Source of the DNA: Azolla caroliniana | Lineage: Eukaryota; Plantae; Polypodiophyta | DNA: 64,000 nt | NCBI GenBank assembly: GCA_043228905.1 | Contig: JBHGNT010000012.1 | Coordinates: forward strand, 11,904,001 to 11,968,000 | Direction: 5' to 3' | The notes under the pieces: model-generated | Told to the model about the DNA's origin: nothing | What the model saw: the letters and a program-made list of their open reading frames with translations, nothing else | Database searches by the model: none | Part shown: positions 10,679-24,200 of the stretch, in pieces | Layout of the letters: each line of letters opens with the position of its first letter | Position numbering within the stretch: the stretch's first letter is position 1 | Translations under genes and position numbers: made by a program

Positions 10679-11900
10679 GTCCGTAATGGTTACGACGTTT
10701 AATTTTTGGTAATCTACACATACCCGTATTTTGCCATTTTTCTTTGGAAGGACCACTATCGGGCTTAACCATGTCGCTTGTTTAACTGGCCGTATGAACC
10801 CCGCCTTCAAGAGCTTGTCAATTTCTTCTTTCACGCGGGTCGCGTAGTTCGGGTTCATGCGGTAGCGGCGCTACTGGACGGGTTTTGCGTCTATTGCTAA
10901 ATTGATCTTATGTTGATAGAACTTGGGATCTAACCCCTTCATGTCCTCGTGGGCCCAAGTGAACACATCTTTATATTTCGTGAGTAGTGCGATCATCGTG
11001 TTTCTCTGGTCCGGCCTTAATTCCTTTGCGATGGAGAGGAAACGGGGTTCCGACTCGGTGCCCACATTTACTTCTTCCAGGGTGGAAGCGGTGACTCGTC
11101 GTGAAATCTCCATTTCCCTTTCGAATGCTGCCTGTGCTCTGCTGAGTTCCACTATGGACTCTGGGTTTGGTTAGTAAGCCTTGTCATGGAGAATAGTGGC
11201 GGTGGCATATCCTGCTGCGGTTGCGATGACATCGATTTCGAACAACAAAATGATCCGTGGGTGCTCATCTAGATATGCCTCTAATTTTGCATCCTCCACC
11301 CTAGCCAACATATTTATATCTTCTGCGTATAATGGTGTTATACCCTTGGGTTGTGGTGTGCTTCCTTCCGTAGGTACACGAACCTTGGCGCGTCCGTGTC
11401 GGAAACTGATACACTTGTGTTGCCAGGTCTGCTTGATATTTGTTGCCCGAAGCCATGGTCTGCCTAGAAGCACTGGGTACGCCCCTGGGGCGTCTAAGGC
11501 GAGGACGATCGCCGAGATGTCGAAGCGATGTCCGCCCACGATAATGCCTATTTTGCGAATTAACCCCAACGGTCGTACTGAGCGGGTATCTACCATTCGG
11601 AACCAGAATGGGCAAGCCTCCCATTCTGAAATGCCTAACTGCTCGCAAGTTTTCGCGCTAATTACATTGACGCCTGAGCCGCCATCGATTACGCATCTAG
11701 GAATTTCCTGTCCGTGTAATATTAATGTAATAGCCGGGTTGTGCTGATCCACTACCGGCGGTCCGTCGCTAACGTCTGTAAGGTTTGTAGCGACGCTCAC
11801 CCCGGGTATGCCTGTCACCCGTTCTTCCATGGTCTGGCGGAAGTGTGGGACTAGCTACAACAGTTTCTCCATGGTTAACGTTATCTTGCAGCCCCCTAGT
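10679..11900 (-). pseudogene. pol: Element A protease and RT N-terminus
   Basis: VIDGGSGVN, LLGRPWL, WLSPIVV..RVCVDY motifs; continues across B into 5567. Confidence 0.9.
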
Positions 11901-12189
11901 GCCTGCCAAATGGGGTCCGGGACATGTCCTTCGTCCGCTGCTCGCTCCCTCGCATTCGCGGACTCCTTCCGCATGCGCTTTGTATTGGTCGCGTTTGCTT
12001 TTTCCACTTATGCCTAGGCTTGTCGTCGTATCTCGTTTTGCGCAGCCCAATCAGCCGTTTTTGTTTGCTGGCGTGTCGTGACTTGCTGCACTTCCACCGT
12101 AATCGTATTGACGGCGGGCCCCTTTCCCTTGCGTGCTGGGCATTGCGTGGCATAATGTCTGGGCTGCTGACAAATAAAACAATGTATGC

Positions 12190-13600
12190 TTGATTCAGCC
12201 TTCTCGGCTCCTGGTGGTGTGTGCCGCTCCCATGGTGCTACTTGCTCCTCGTAGTCTAGCCTTGTTTGTCAGAACGCACGCGGTGGTTGCTATTGGTCCC
12301 GTCGTTGTTCCTAGTGTCGCTCATCTCCCGAGCTTTCGTCGTAACGCCGGTGATCTCAATATTGCCGCGGCTTACCACGATAACCATTGAAGCCGCCCCG
12401 TTTGTTTGTCGGCCGGTGATTCTCGTAGCGCCGGCCCCCTTTAGCATAACTCGGATGTCCACGATAATCCTCGTCCTCTGGTTCGTCTTCCTCAGAATCG
12501 TTGTGATTTTGGCAATTCCGGTGGTGCCGGTCATCCCGTGGGTTGTGATCCACATACTGTGGTCGGTCTTCTTGCCTCCTTTGTTTAGTCCGGCATGGTG
12601 GACGCTGGGTGTCCATGCTGTGGACTGCAGGAGTGGCTCTGTTCAACATATTGTATTCGCATTGTTCGATTGTGTGAGCCTTCGAGTGGAAGATTGGGCA
12701 GTGGATTCACATATTGCACTCCACTGCGGAATGCCCCGAGTTCAAGCAAATCGTGCACTGGATTGCTTGACAAAGCTGGTGTTCCTCGTCCTGGGGTAAT
12801 GCTTGTCGTAAGGAGGACATAGAAAACCTTTCCTCCTCGTCGTCCAACTCGAGCTGTAACGCTCGTTCAATGACCATATTCGTCGTTTCCCCTTTCACGC
12901 TATTGTTGTTGAGCGTTGCCCAGATGGGTCGGCGTAATGCTACCAGAAATGTTTCTCGAGCCTCGTCCTCCGGGGGGCTCGGTTCTAGTTTCCACCGTAG
13001 ATTTTGGAAACGTAAGCTGAAATCTGCGATCGTCTCGGTCGGCAGTTGCTTAATCGTGTAGAACTGTCCGAGGATTTCGCGTTGTGGAATCCTCCGATGG
13101 AAGAACCGCAAGAAAGCGGATTGTAGCTGATCGAAGGTTGTGATTGCTGGTAAATCCATCTGTGAATGCCAAAACGCCACTCGCCCATCCAATGTTAACC
13201 CGAACTCCGTCATTTTCGACTAGTGCGCTACCGCCTCCGAAAGGCTCTGTAGCTGATCGAAGGTTGTGATTGCTGGTAAATCCATCTATGAATGCCAAAA
13301 CGCCGCTCACCCATCCAATGTTAACCCGAACTCCGTCATTTTCGACTGGTGCGCTACCGCCTCCAAAAGGCTCTGTAGCTGATCGAAGGTTGTGATTGCT
13401 GGTAAATCCATCTGTGAATGCCAAAACGCCGCTCGCCCATCCAATGTTAACCCGAACTCCGTCATTTTCGACTGGTGCGCTACCACCTCCGAAAGGCTCT
13501 ACGCCATGTGGTTCGCATTCTAGACATTAAGGAACATGCGAATATGGGTTGTGGCGTCGGTTTCGCCGTTAAAGCGGGGGTAGGCAAAGGCCATGCTGGG
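12190..13600 (-). pseudogene. gag: Element A gag (capsid, paired Cys/His knuckles), with stops
   Basis: YPRFNGETDATTHIRMFLNV; FYTIKQLPTETIADFSLRF; CTICLNSGHSAVEC. Confidence 0.85.
13122..13499. repeat. 3 x 126-bp in-frame tandem repeat inside gag of A
   Basis: Units start at 13122, 13248 and 13374; copies differ by a few transitions. Confidence 0.92.
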
Positions 13601-13861
13601 GGCTACGACGGGTCGGCAAAGACCACAGGGTGGCTGTGGTGAGCGTACTCCCTGCTTCTCGTCGAGGTATTTGGAGAGTGAAGACTCACCTTTGTAATCA
13701 CGACAGGTAGTACTGAGGTCGCTGACGCGAGGCTTTTGCCGTGCGCGTTCTTCTGCATGGCGTGTGACAGACCTTGTGATTGGCTGGTCATGTCGTGTTG
13801 GTTCTGTGGGGTGTCTGCGGCTAAACATCCATTCGTCGTTGCTCGTCTATGAGAAGACACA

Positions 13862-13878
13862 GATCACCAAGCGTGCCA
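13862..13878 (-). other. PBS of A (TGGCACGC.., possibly tRNA-Arg)
   Basis: TGG start 4 nt from the 5' LTR; primer identity uncertain. Confidence 0.6.
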
Positions 13879-13882
13879 AAAG

Positions 13883-14323
13883 TGTTACCGATTAGGAACA
13901 CGGTCTACGATCAGTCCTTCGACCTAGACCTCCAAGTGATTGTGGAACGACGAATAGGCGTCTATGCGTAATGCGTAGGGGAATGTTCCCTGTAACCTAT
14001 CAACGTATAAGGGAGACAACGACAACCGACTCCTTAGCAATAGTTACACTTACGTTCTTACACGCTCAGGTATTCCAGACATATAGTAGATTACCCGTAG
14101 CTATACACAGACTTTCAGAGAAGATAGAATTCTATTATGATACGTTCCTTTACATTCCAAAATTACACGCTACCTCTATCAGAGGTTTTCTGCCCTTTAT
14201 ATACGCAAGGTGGGTCTATTTAGCCGTTCACGCTTCCTGCGTGAACCGTTACATGCGTTATGATATTATATTATTTCTTATTCCTACGCTCTTGTCTGTC
14301 GGTTACTATTCCGGCGGACAACA
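13883..14323 (-). repeat. 5' LTR of A (441 bp)
   Basis: TGTTACC..ACAACA, flanked by PBS and TSD. Confidence 0.92.
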
Positions 14324-14328
14324 ACTAT

Positions 14329-15139
14329 CACACCACATGCATCGGGGTCGGAATGGTTCCCTTGACCTCAAAGTTTGACCATTCTCAAGCTTTGCCACTT
14401 TAATTGTTAGATCTTTCATACTTTGAACTAAGTCATCAAGAAAAGACTCACTCTTAGTTCTGATCATTTCGCGTGGTTGATGCACCATTTCGTGTTATGG
14501 TTATCGACCATGTCTTTGAACTTTGATGTTTTGATCAAGCCGATTCATGATTCCCACACGTGGTATTTGTAGCATTACACCATTCCTTTGCATTCTTTTC
14601 ATAAATTTATTACAAGCATTTGTTACCTCATTCCAATCTGTCGTTATACCATCCTCGGTAACTGTTTGCAAAAATAAAGCAACCTTTTGCCAAGACAAAG
14701 AATTTCTTTCTTCTGGCTTTAAGTGTCCATACATCCTATCAAATTCTTTTTTTGTGTTGGCCACAGATAACCCTTTATCTTCTTTTAAGATCCATTCATG
14801 AAATGAACGCATAGTAACTCGAGAGAAATCTTCACAAGAATATTCAGACACAAGAGCTTCTTTGAATGCATTCCAATCCAAACTATGCAATGCTTGTATT
14901 TCACGAATTCTATCTCTTAATTCCATTTCCACTAATTTATAAAAGTTTGTTATCATATTGACATCATTCACACCATACATTTCCATTTCATCATAATATA
15001 TACTGACATACTTTGAGATATTTGTGTCATCAAACACACCAATTTTCTCTCGGATTTCTAGTAAGGCATGAAATAATTGAGCTTGATTCAATTTTTCAAT
15101 AAACAACCTTACCGGATCCATTGTACTCATACTTGCCAT
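14329..15139 (-). pseudogene. gag: gag of element P, interrupted in its zinc knuckle by A
   Basis: IGVFDDTNISKY aligns with IGRFSGKDATKY of M; RCMWCD shared. Confidence 0.82.
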
Positions 15140-15206
15140 GTTGATGTTGATCTTTGCTTTAGACGTCTCTTCTACTTCCTCGTTTCACGTCGGGTTCAAC
15201 AAATTG

Positions 15207-16235
15207 TGTCATGGCGTGGCTCGCCTAGAAGCGTACCGTTGCGTAGACAAAAGATATCGTGAAAGTGAGGAAGGAATCAATGGGATTATGGACGGAAGAG
15301 ACGAAAGAGTAGAGATAGAGTAAATAGAGATCAACAAGATATGACAAGATGGGATATAGAATGATATTTGAAGGAATGAAAGAAACTTATAATTATTTGA
15401 TGAATGAGTTACAAAATGATTGTGAACATCGTTGAACCTTCGAGCTTTGTCTCACAAGGTAATCACTCTTCTCTTTCTTGATGGTAGACCATAGTCTTCC
15501 CTTCAATCTCTCGATAAGTATAAGATTCGAACCGCCGCCCTTCTGTTGCGAGTTGAGGACCACCACCACCAAGCTAGTTGTTCTTTTTCTCTTTTAAGAA
15601 TACCTTTCTCTCTCTCTTTCTCTATTATAATATATCTTTCTCTAGATCCAATATAATCATTTCCATTTTATTTCTTGCCTCCCTTTGTCTATACTTCCTT
15701 CTCCTTTTATAGGGAAGAGATGGTTCTACATGTGGGCCATGTGGCGCACATGCAGAGAGGCTCTTGCATGTGTGCTATATGGTGCACATGTAGCACGTTT
15801 GATGGTTTAAACCATATAATACTTATTAAAATGAAAACAAGACATATACTTATATACATTATAAGTATAGGCTAAATGGTACGGTGTGAGTGCCATAAGG
15901 TTGAGGTTGTTTGTTCAAGTTCTCGTTTGCCCATGTAATTTTGTGCATGTATTATATTACATGGTCTAGACTATAAAATACTACTTCAAATCATATATTA
16001 TTTTGTAAATTATTAGTATAGGCTAAATGGTAACCTTTGAGTGTCATAAGTTAGGGTTTATTAGTTCAAGTCCTCTCTTGCCCATGTAATATAATAGATA
16101 TATATATTTTTGTATCTACATATAATGTATAATATTATCATAGTATGCTATTAACATTATAAAGGTTTATTTTATTTTCATTACGTATTTATCTTATTGT
16201 AGGCTTTTAGTGTGAAGCTTTCGTACTTCACGACA
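15207..16235 (-). repeat. 5' LTR of P (~1.03 kb)
   Basis: Adjacent to PBS; minus-strand TATA near 15706; ends in TTCACGACA as do the LTRs of M. Confidence 0.75.
15861..16085 (+). promoter_or_regulatory. Two tandem degenerate tRNA-Met(CAT)-like A-box/B-box modules in the P LTR
   Basis: A boxes TAGGCTAAATGG at 15868 and 16019; B boxes at 15912 and 16063 (44-nt offset); CAT at the anticodon position. Confidence 0.65.
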
Positions 16236-16542
16236 ACGCCCCCTCAAGCTCAAGTATGAGGCGTCCGACATCCGCTTTGACTTTCGTCGGTTTTGTGTGC
16301 TTCCGTCCAGCCTTTGGCTTTCTTCGTCATGGCAATCTCGGTTCCTCCCCCTAAAGCCGGTGACGAAGGCTTGTAGTGTGTGGGTGAAGGTCGACTACTT
16401 CCAGCCATCGTGGGTTACGAGCCGCTTCGGTGGAGCTCTTGGGCTCTTGTTCGGCTGCTCCCTTCATCGCGAAGGTATAGTGATGGGCCATATACTTGTT
16501 GTAGCCAAGCCGAGTGATGGGGTTCTTTGTTCTAGTTGAGCG

Positions 16543-17638
16543 TCAAAGTTTTTCGCTCGCCGGTGTGAGCGCCTTCTTTGCTCCGGGTGTCCGCATGATG
16601 GGTACACCGAACTCAGTGTCTAGTGAGGGAGCCGACACTTCCAAATCACTGTCGTTGGGGTGATCGACTTCGTATTCGGGCATCTTACCTTTGCCTTTGT
16701 CCAAGTTCGTACTTAGCCGCGACCAGCTTGGGTCGCGTGGGGGCTCTTGTGGCCCACTAGGCTTTTCCGTAATCGGACTTTCTTCGAATATGTGTTCGAA
16801 GCGATCTCCATCTTCTACCTCTTGTTTGATGGATTCCGGGTCGAGCGGAGTCGGAGTCGAAGTTGTCTCTGATGCATACCAGGATGCGGACTCGTCGAAG
16901 ACTACGTCTCGACTTACCCGAACTGCTCGGGTAGAAGGGTTGTAGCACTTGTATGCCTTCTTCTCGGATGAGTATCCTATGAGGATACATTCCTGCGACT
17001 TCGTGTTGGGCTTCTGTCGGCTTTCGTTCGGGATGCGTACATTTACAATGCTTCCGAACACCTTGAGGTGTGATAGGATCGGCTTCCTTCTGACGAGGAG
17101 CTCGTATGGAGTTAGATCATGCACTCCATTAGTGATGCATTGATTCATGAGATAGACGGCCGTGGATGCCGCATCGACCCAATAGAAGTTCGACATGTGC
17201 TTCTCATGCATCATGGTGCATGCTACCTCGAGTATTTGCCGATTCTTCCTTTCGGCTACTCCATTTTGTTGGGGTGTGTGTCGGCATGAGAATTCTCTAC
17301 AAATGCCTTCACTTTGGAGGTAGGAGGTGAATTCTTCAAAGAAGTACTCCTTGCCTCCATCCGATTGTAGGCATCGAATGTGCCGACCGGTTTCTTTTTC
17401 GACTTGGCCCTTGAGCTTTTGGAAGTGGGAGAGCACTTCGCTTTTCTTCCTCATCGGGTAGATCCACGCGTACCGTGAGTAGTCATCGATGAAGGTTAGG
17501 TAGTATAGGCATCCGTTGGCCGTCGGCATTTGAGCCGATCCCCATACATCTGAGTGTATGACGTCGAGCAGGCCTTTGCTTGCGGAGCTCTCCTTCGGGA
17601 ATGGGAGTCGATGTTGTTTGCCGAGTTGGCACGCTTCG
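16543..17638 (-). pseudogene. pol: Integrase of Copia C
   Basis: IHSDVWG, FIDDYSR, SDGGKEY, PQQNGVAERKNR motifs. Confidence 0.9.
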
Positions 17639-18660
17639 TATTAGAGACATGAACTAATGTAAGAATTAGATAAGGATAGAATATAGATAAATAGATAGAA
17701 AGGAGAGAGAGAAAGAAGGGTGCCGATCCCCCCGACCACCCCCAAGCGAAGGGATCGAGACGGACTCGAGCCTCGATCGGCCTCCCATGCCACCACCATG
17801 GCTTCGAGTTGTACCTGGTGCTAGCGCGCTCGCTAGAAGAGTTGACCCATCACAAGACAGAGTGTCGACGTAGTCAATAAGATGATCAAATGAGGGTAGC
17901 TAGGCCTCTTATTTATAGCGATACCCAAGGCCCCCAAGCAAGTTCACACTTGGCCTAATGGGTTGTCTCAATCCCGAGGATTAAAAGTAATCCTCCCCTT
18001 CTTTACACTCTCGTTTAACCCTCACACTTATCCATGTGTATAGAATACTACGGTAAATTCTCACCATGGGATATTATATGGTCATGCCTGTAACATACTC
18101 CCCCTCTTTAAAACATTGCACTCTTGTAATGCAAAGTTAGGTAAGTTAGTTCTGAGAGAATTTTCGCGTTCCCATGTGGCATCTTTTATTGATTTATCCA
18201 TCCATTTTATTTTAAATTATCAGATTTCTTTAGTACGTAATTTTTTTGTTTTAACATCGAGAATTCTTTCTGGTACATGTGGTTTAGAAGATAATTCTTC
18301 AAAAGTAACCAGAGTTTCAGTTGTAACTGTATTGTCGCCAAAACCTAGAAGTTCTTTTAGACGACTCACATGAAAAACTGGATGAATTTCAACACCATCG
18401 GGAAGAGCGAGACAATAGGCGGATGACCCAATGCGTTTGAGGATTGTAAAAGGTCCACAAAACCGTGGGGCTAACTTAGCGCACTTACCCTTAGACAATG
18501 TCTTAGAATTGTGAGGTACACGTAAAAATACCTTCTGTCCAGGGTTGAATACACGAGGTTGCCTATGATGGTCAGCATAAAAACGCGCTCTATCTTGAGC
18601 AGTTTTTATATTATCTCGTGCAATATGTGCAACATATCTTGCATATCTCGAAGAAAGTTT
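17639..18660 (-). mobile_element. Element N: 3' fragment of a chromovirus (LTR 17639-18095, PPT, chromodomain, IN C-terminus), related to F
   Basis: KLAPRFCGPF, IHPVFHVSRLK, KIKWMDKSIKDATWE; PPT at 18096-18110. Confidence 0.82.
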
Positions 18661-19423
18661 GTGATGTCGGGCTTGTTTTTGAGTGCGCCGTTAATGTAGC
18701 TCCAATACCCTTGGCCGACGAGGTATTGGGTCATCTTGTAGTCCCAAGATGAATAATTCCTCTGGTCTAGCTTTTCACTAGGGAGCGAGCTACCCATTTG
18801 TGTGTTCATGTTGATTAGTGTCTTCTCTTTTTGCTTTTCTTCCTCCGATCACGTATACGTGTTGCATAGCGGCACTACGGTAGTCGATAGCCGGATTTTG
18901 TCGTCGACGTCTCGAACACACAATCACGGAGTCGGGTGGGCTTAGTGGATTTTCTAAACCACACGCTCTGATTCCATGTTAAGAATTAGGTAAGTAATTA
19001 AGAAAGGGTTAATTAGTACCTAATTATGTGATAAGTTGATAAGCAGAAGATTAAGTGATATGTGTGTGTATGTGTGTGAGAGGAAGACAGAGAGAGAGGA
19101 AGTTAACACTTATGAAGAACATAAGCTGGGGGATGAGTAACTATATTAAATTAGCATTATCATCATTGAATACAAAAATACCCACAATGAGGTATATATA
19201 CATCTCATGTGCAAAGGTGCACATGTGTGAGTTGAATATAGGTACTAAGGTGTAAGTCCTATATTAAATGTACTTAGGAGTGGAGGATCTAGAATATCCC
19301 ACTTAAGTACAAGGTCCTATTAAGGTGTTATAGTCAACACTTCTAACTAGATTCTATCTAGGTAACCACAAAGTTACATGGTTGACTAACTAACTAAACT
19401 AAGTTGAGCTTGATCTCTCAGCA

Positions 19424-20600
19424 AAGTGGAACTGGTGTATGTTTCGACGAATCGGCAGGTGGCCAATATCTTCACCAAACCCCTCAGCTTAGACAAGTTG
19501 TGGCAATTTTCTGGTACACTGGGTGTGCAATACCTCGATATGCCAAACTTGAGGGGGAGGAATGAAAGGAGGAATGAGGAAGATGACCGAAAAGCCGAGT
19601 CGGAAACTGATTTCGATTTCGACCCGACTGAAGAAGTTGGAGTGCACGAGACGGTTGAAGAAGCCGAGACCAGATGTAGGGGGAGCCACCGGAACAGAGA
19701 GCCCAAGCTGAAGCTAACCAAAAAAGGGGGAGGCAAAGCCGGGAAGACCAAGACATGGACATGGTCCGATGTTGTGAAGGGACTGAAGATTGAGGACGAA
19801 TTGGAGATAGCCAATTCGGACAAGAGCTGGAACGAATCAGAGTTACCCAATTCGGAAGCGGTGCTTGATTCGGAGGAGCTAGATCAACTGAAGGCCGAAC
19901 GGACAAGGAGGCAGCGGAAGTCGACACAGACACGGAGGAACTGACGGGTGAAGACACACTGGAGTCGCAACATCGAAGGAGCTGAGAAGGGCATTTTGAG
20001 TAGTCAAGGCGACCGAGAAGGTCGAGGAGTGTGGAACCGAATGGGTTTAGGAAAGCAGAACCGGATCGCGAGCTAGGCAGGAGGATGCTAGGTGGAGCTG
20101 GAGGAGAGGACCATCTACCACAGACACATACACTGCAATTCGACCTCAAGTTGAGCTTGAGGGGGAATGTTGAGTGGACAAGCTCAACCGGATCTAAATC
20201 GGCTAAACAAGTCAGAGCCAGATCGGAGTCTGGAACAAAGAACCAGATTGGTTTCCAGATGGTATCCGGAACAAGGAGCCGGATCGGAGAGCCAGATCGG
20301 ATTGGAACCGGTTGGCCGTTAGAGGCCTACGAATCTAGCCAAGTATGTAGGCATATTTTTAGGAGTCAGTGTCAGTCGCTCATATGATCATTGAAGTACT
20401 TGTCAATACTTTTAAGGACTTGTATAAAAGTGCTCACTGAGCACATTGTATGTACAAAGCATTATTATTTTGAATTGAGTTTATGTTGTTCTGCTCTCTC
20501 TGTCTCTCCTGCTCTCTATCTCTGTGATTCAAGCTTCCATTAAACCTTGTCTCTGTTTTTTGTTGCTATCTGGATAAACCAATTTGTCAAAGCTTCTACA
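19424..20600 (+). mobile_element. Element D: 3' end of a Copia (RNase H end, Pol extension, 3' LTR ~20168-20600)
   Basis: QVANIFTKPL..NLRGR runs in frame into the extension; PPT 20156-20167; LTR start resembles those of E and G. Confidence 0.82.
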
Positions 20601-21227
20601 TATTAACTTTTATAGATACCAGCCCACCTCGGGGGGTACTAGAGGATTCAGAAATAGTCACAATGTCGTACTCATATTCGAGATACAACGAGGAAGACGA
20701 CGTGGAGGCACACGTCTACGCTTTCCTCACAATGTGGCAAGCTAAGCATATGCCCCAACGCTTGGCTGCAACGATGCGTTAACATAAAAAATCGCCGAGT
20801 TCAGCTTGTCACTCATAGGAGAAGCAACGAACTTGTACTCCCAACATGACTTGGGAGAGTTCCCGTCATTTCAATTGCTTCGGGATAGATTTATTTAGCT
20901 CTTCCATCAATAGATCCCCAAGCGGGAACTAATGAGCTAGTTCAACACCATGTCCCAGGAACCTCAAGAATTGGTTCCATAGTTCATCATTAGGTTTCAA
21001 AACTTACGATGGAAGTTGGCACGACAGATCCCGGTAGACTAACTAAAGGATGCATTTCTCATAGCTCTCTAAGAGTCACTCTAGACAACCTTGGCGTTGG
21101 TCGACTTTTCACGAAACTCGATCTAGTAGGTCATCGATCATGTCTTAACCATGGACAACGTCCAAAACAGTAACAACCTCTCGTTGTCCTCACTACAACA
21201 CGCCTTGCCGAAAGAAGAAGACTTTTG

Positions 21228-24200
21228 TGTAAACGAAGCTGCGGTGTACATACAACGTGCTCAACAACACTATTTATACAAGTCCTAAGAGGATTGACAA
21301 AAGTACGGTGTACTTCAATCCTCACACGAGCGTCTGACACTAACTACGAGACATTAACTACTTGGTAATCTAGGCTGCTACTAAGCTTTTGGTTACTGTT
21401 GGATCCGGCTAACCGGCTCCCTAGCTCACCGGCTCACCGATCCGGCTCATTCTTCTGGATGCCGATCCGGATCCGGTTGAGCTTGCCGCTCAACACTCCT
21501 CCTCCAGCTCAACTTGAGGTCAAATCGTAGTGTCAGTCTCCATGGTAGCCGGTCCTTCCACTCAGCTCCTTTTGGCATCACTTTGTCTCGCTAGCGCTCC
21601 TCATTCAATCCGGTCTGGTTTGCCGTGACCATTCTGATTCTGATTTTGCGCACCTTGACCTCCTCGGTCAGCTTGTCTGCTCAACATGCCCAATTCATCT
21701 CCCTCGCTGCTGTGACTTCGACGCTTGCCAATTCACCGATTCCTTCGTGTTGGCGTCGACTTTCGTTGCCTTCTCGTCCTCTTGGCTTTGAATTGATCCG
21801 GTTCTTCCGAATCCATCTGTTGAACCGAATCGGTTGTCTCCGATTCATTCCAGCTCTTGTCCGAATTGGTCGCTCCTAATTCGTCTTCCGGTTCCAGGCC
21901 CTTCACCACATCCGACCATGTTCGGGTCTTGGCCTTCTTCTTTCGGTCGGCCTTGTCCTTCTTGACTCTGCCGCTTGTTTTGACTTGTTCGGATGTGTCA
22001 AATTCCTTTGTCGACTCGGCTCCTTTCTTCTTCTTGTCTCTCCCTTTATCGGTTCTTCCCTCACCGGCGCAATCGGCAGTTTCTTTGCCGTTGCCCGTTT
22101 AAGTGTCTTTGCCCATTCTCCCCCTCAAGTGTGGCACGTCGAAATGCTGAACACCAAGCATTTCGGTGAAGTGCTGCAACTTGTCCGATCCGAGCAGTTT
22201 GGTGAAGATGTCGGCAACTTGCTGATCCGTATGAACATACCGAAGTTCGACTTGACCGCTCAAGTCACGCTCACGCACGAAGTGGTAGTGCACTTCTATG
22301 TGCTTTGTGCAAGCATGGAATACGAGGTTCTTGGTGAGCTGCATGCTGCTTATGTTGTCGCAGTACATCAAGATCGGGGTCGGCACCTCGATCCGCAGGT
22401 CTTGCAGTAGTTGCCGAAGCCAAAGGGCTTCATAGGTGGTAACGATAGCACCCCGGTATTCAGCCTCAGTGCTCGAAAGGGCCACTGTTGGCTGCTTTTT
22501 GCTGCTCCACGCAATAGCCTTGCTACCAAGGGAAAACATATAGCCGGAGGTGGATCGGCGATCCGATGCATCGCCGGCCCAGTCGGCATCAGTGTAGCCG
22601 ACTAGCTCTTCGGTTAGACCATGCTGGTATAACAGTCCCCGGTCCTTTGTGCCACTCACATATCGCAAAATTCGATGCGCGCACAGAAGGTGCTCCATAG
22701 TCGGCTTCTACATATATTGGCTGATCACGCCGACTAGATAACTGATGTCGAGTTGGGTGATTGTCAAATATATAAGGCTTCCGACGATTTGTCGGAACTG
22801 CTTCTCATGGCAGGCCGGGACGGAGCTTCTGGTTCCGGTCTAGGGGTGTGGAGATCGGTCAGCATTCCGTCATGCTGAACTTGTACAACATATGTACAAC
22901 ATATTCAACACATAATGTCTTTGTGAGAGCAATATGCCGTCGGGGGTTCGGATCACCTCGATCCCAAGGAAATAGTGAAGGTCCACCATGTCCTTCATCT
23001 CAAATGCGTCCGATAGTTGGGACTTGACTCGGCTGATTTCATCGAGTCCGGGTCCCGTGATAATTAGATCATCAACATACAACAAGATGCAAACCGAACC
23101 ATCCAGACCTTGTTGGGTGAACAACGAAGAGTCGGACTTGGAGGCCGCAAACCCCATCTTACGCAACCGGTGCATGATCTTCGCATTCCAAGCTCGGAGG
23201 GCTTGCTTCAGGCCATAAAGTGACTTCTTCAGCCGGTATACCGCCGACTTGTTCATCTCCGACTGGAAACCGGGGTGTTGGGTCATAAAGACCTCTTCTT
23301 CAAGATAGCCTTGAAGAAATGCATTCTTCACGTCCATCTGGTGAAGATGTCACCCCCTTGCCACAACACCCGCGAGCACCACACAAACCGTCGTCATCTT
23401 CGCTACTGGAGCGAAGGTCTCGTCGTAGTCGATTCTGTGGGTCTGCGTGTATCCCTTCGCCATTAACCGGGCCTTGTACTGGTTAAGCAAACCATCGGCA
23501 TTGTACTTTACCTTGTACACCCACTTACATTCTGAACGGTTTACAGTGTCGGGGAGGATCAACTAGGTCCCATGTGTCGTTGGCATCTATTGCCCGCATT
23601 TCTTCCTCCATAGCAGCATGCCAATTTGCGTCCTTTGCCGCTTTTGCATAGCTCTCTGGCTCATGCACTTCCGCCACCTTGGTCATGTACGCATAGTGAT
23701 GCGCCATGTACTCATTGTACCCGTACTGCTTCACGTGGTTCTTTTGGCGGGAAGAGTGGCGTAACTTATCGTTACCTGGTTCGGTCTTCGTTCCCGAAGA
23801 TCCGCCTTCTTCCTTACCGGAGTAGGATTCGCTCTGATCCGACTCATCATTGCCGGTTTCGTATTCCGGCATCTTCATCTTCCCCTTTTCTTTGCGTGTG
23901 AACCGTCTCCTCGGTTCCTTGCGCGGGGAGAGCATGACAGAGTCTCCACTACTTGCCAGTTCCTTATCCGACTGGTCATCCCGACTCAGCCGCTCCTTCG
24001 GTCCACTTAATCGAAACAATTCCGAACTCACATCTAGAGTCTCGAACCCTTCATCTTCTAACTGGACCGGTTCAGGCTCACTAGCCTCATCCTTCGGTAT
24101 CGGGTCGGGGTCGGAAGTCGGAGCCGGTAAGGCATACCATGATGTCATCTCATCAAACTCAACATCCCGGCTAACTCGGACCTGCTGCATCCGGGGGTTA

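Larger units (their letters stand above)
54..14323 (-). mobile_element. Element A: Ty3/Gypsy non-chromovirus (Athila/OTA-like) LTR retrotransposon, decayed, with 3' extra ORF; contains Copia B
   Basis: TG..CA termini; TSD ACTAT at 49-53 and 14324-14328; LTR copies at 54-326 and 13883-14323; order gag-PR-RT-RH-IN on minus strand; no chromodomain or extra RNase H seen. Confidence 0.93.
14324..16235 (-). mobile_element. Element P: 5' part of a tRNA-Trp-primed Gypsy related to M; continues at 1-53 and beyond the window
   Basis: LTR 15207-16235 (TGTCATG..CACGACA); PBS 15184-15201; gag similar to gag of M; knuckle CMWCDSLKHCLRDC is restored when A is removed. Confidence 0.85.
16236..19423 (-). mobile_element. 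Element C: internally deleted Copia (RT/RH lost near 16400; most of gag and protease lost near 18660)
   Basis: 5' LTR ~18977-19423; degenerate iMet PBS 18965-18976; gag start 18809; integrase 16543-17638; PPT ~16237-16248. Confidence 0.8.

Noticed and set aside
13122-13499. Possible CRISPR-like array
   Set aside because: Head-to-tail 126-bp units with no unique spacers, inside gag coding sequence.
15861-16085. Functional tRNA-Met genes (also the modules at 35301 and 38334)
   Set aside because: Acceptor, anticodon and T stems do not pair; only the boxes and spacing remain, so they are reported as tRNA-derived modules.
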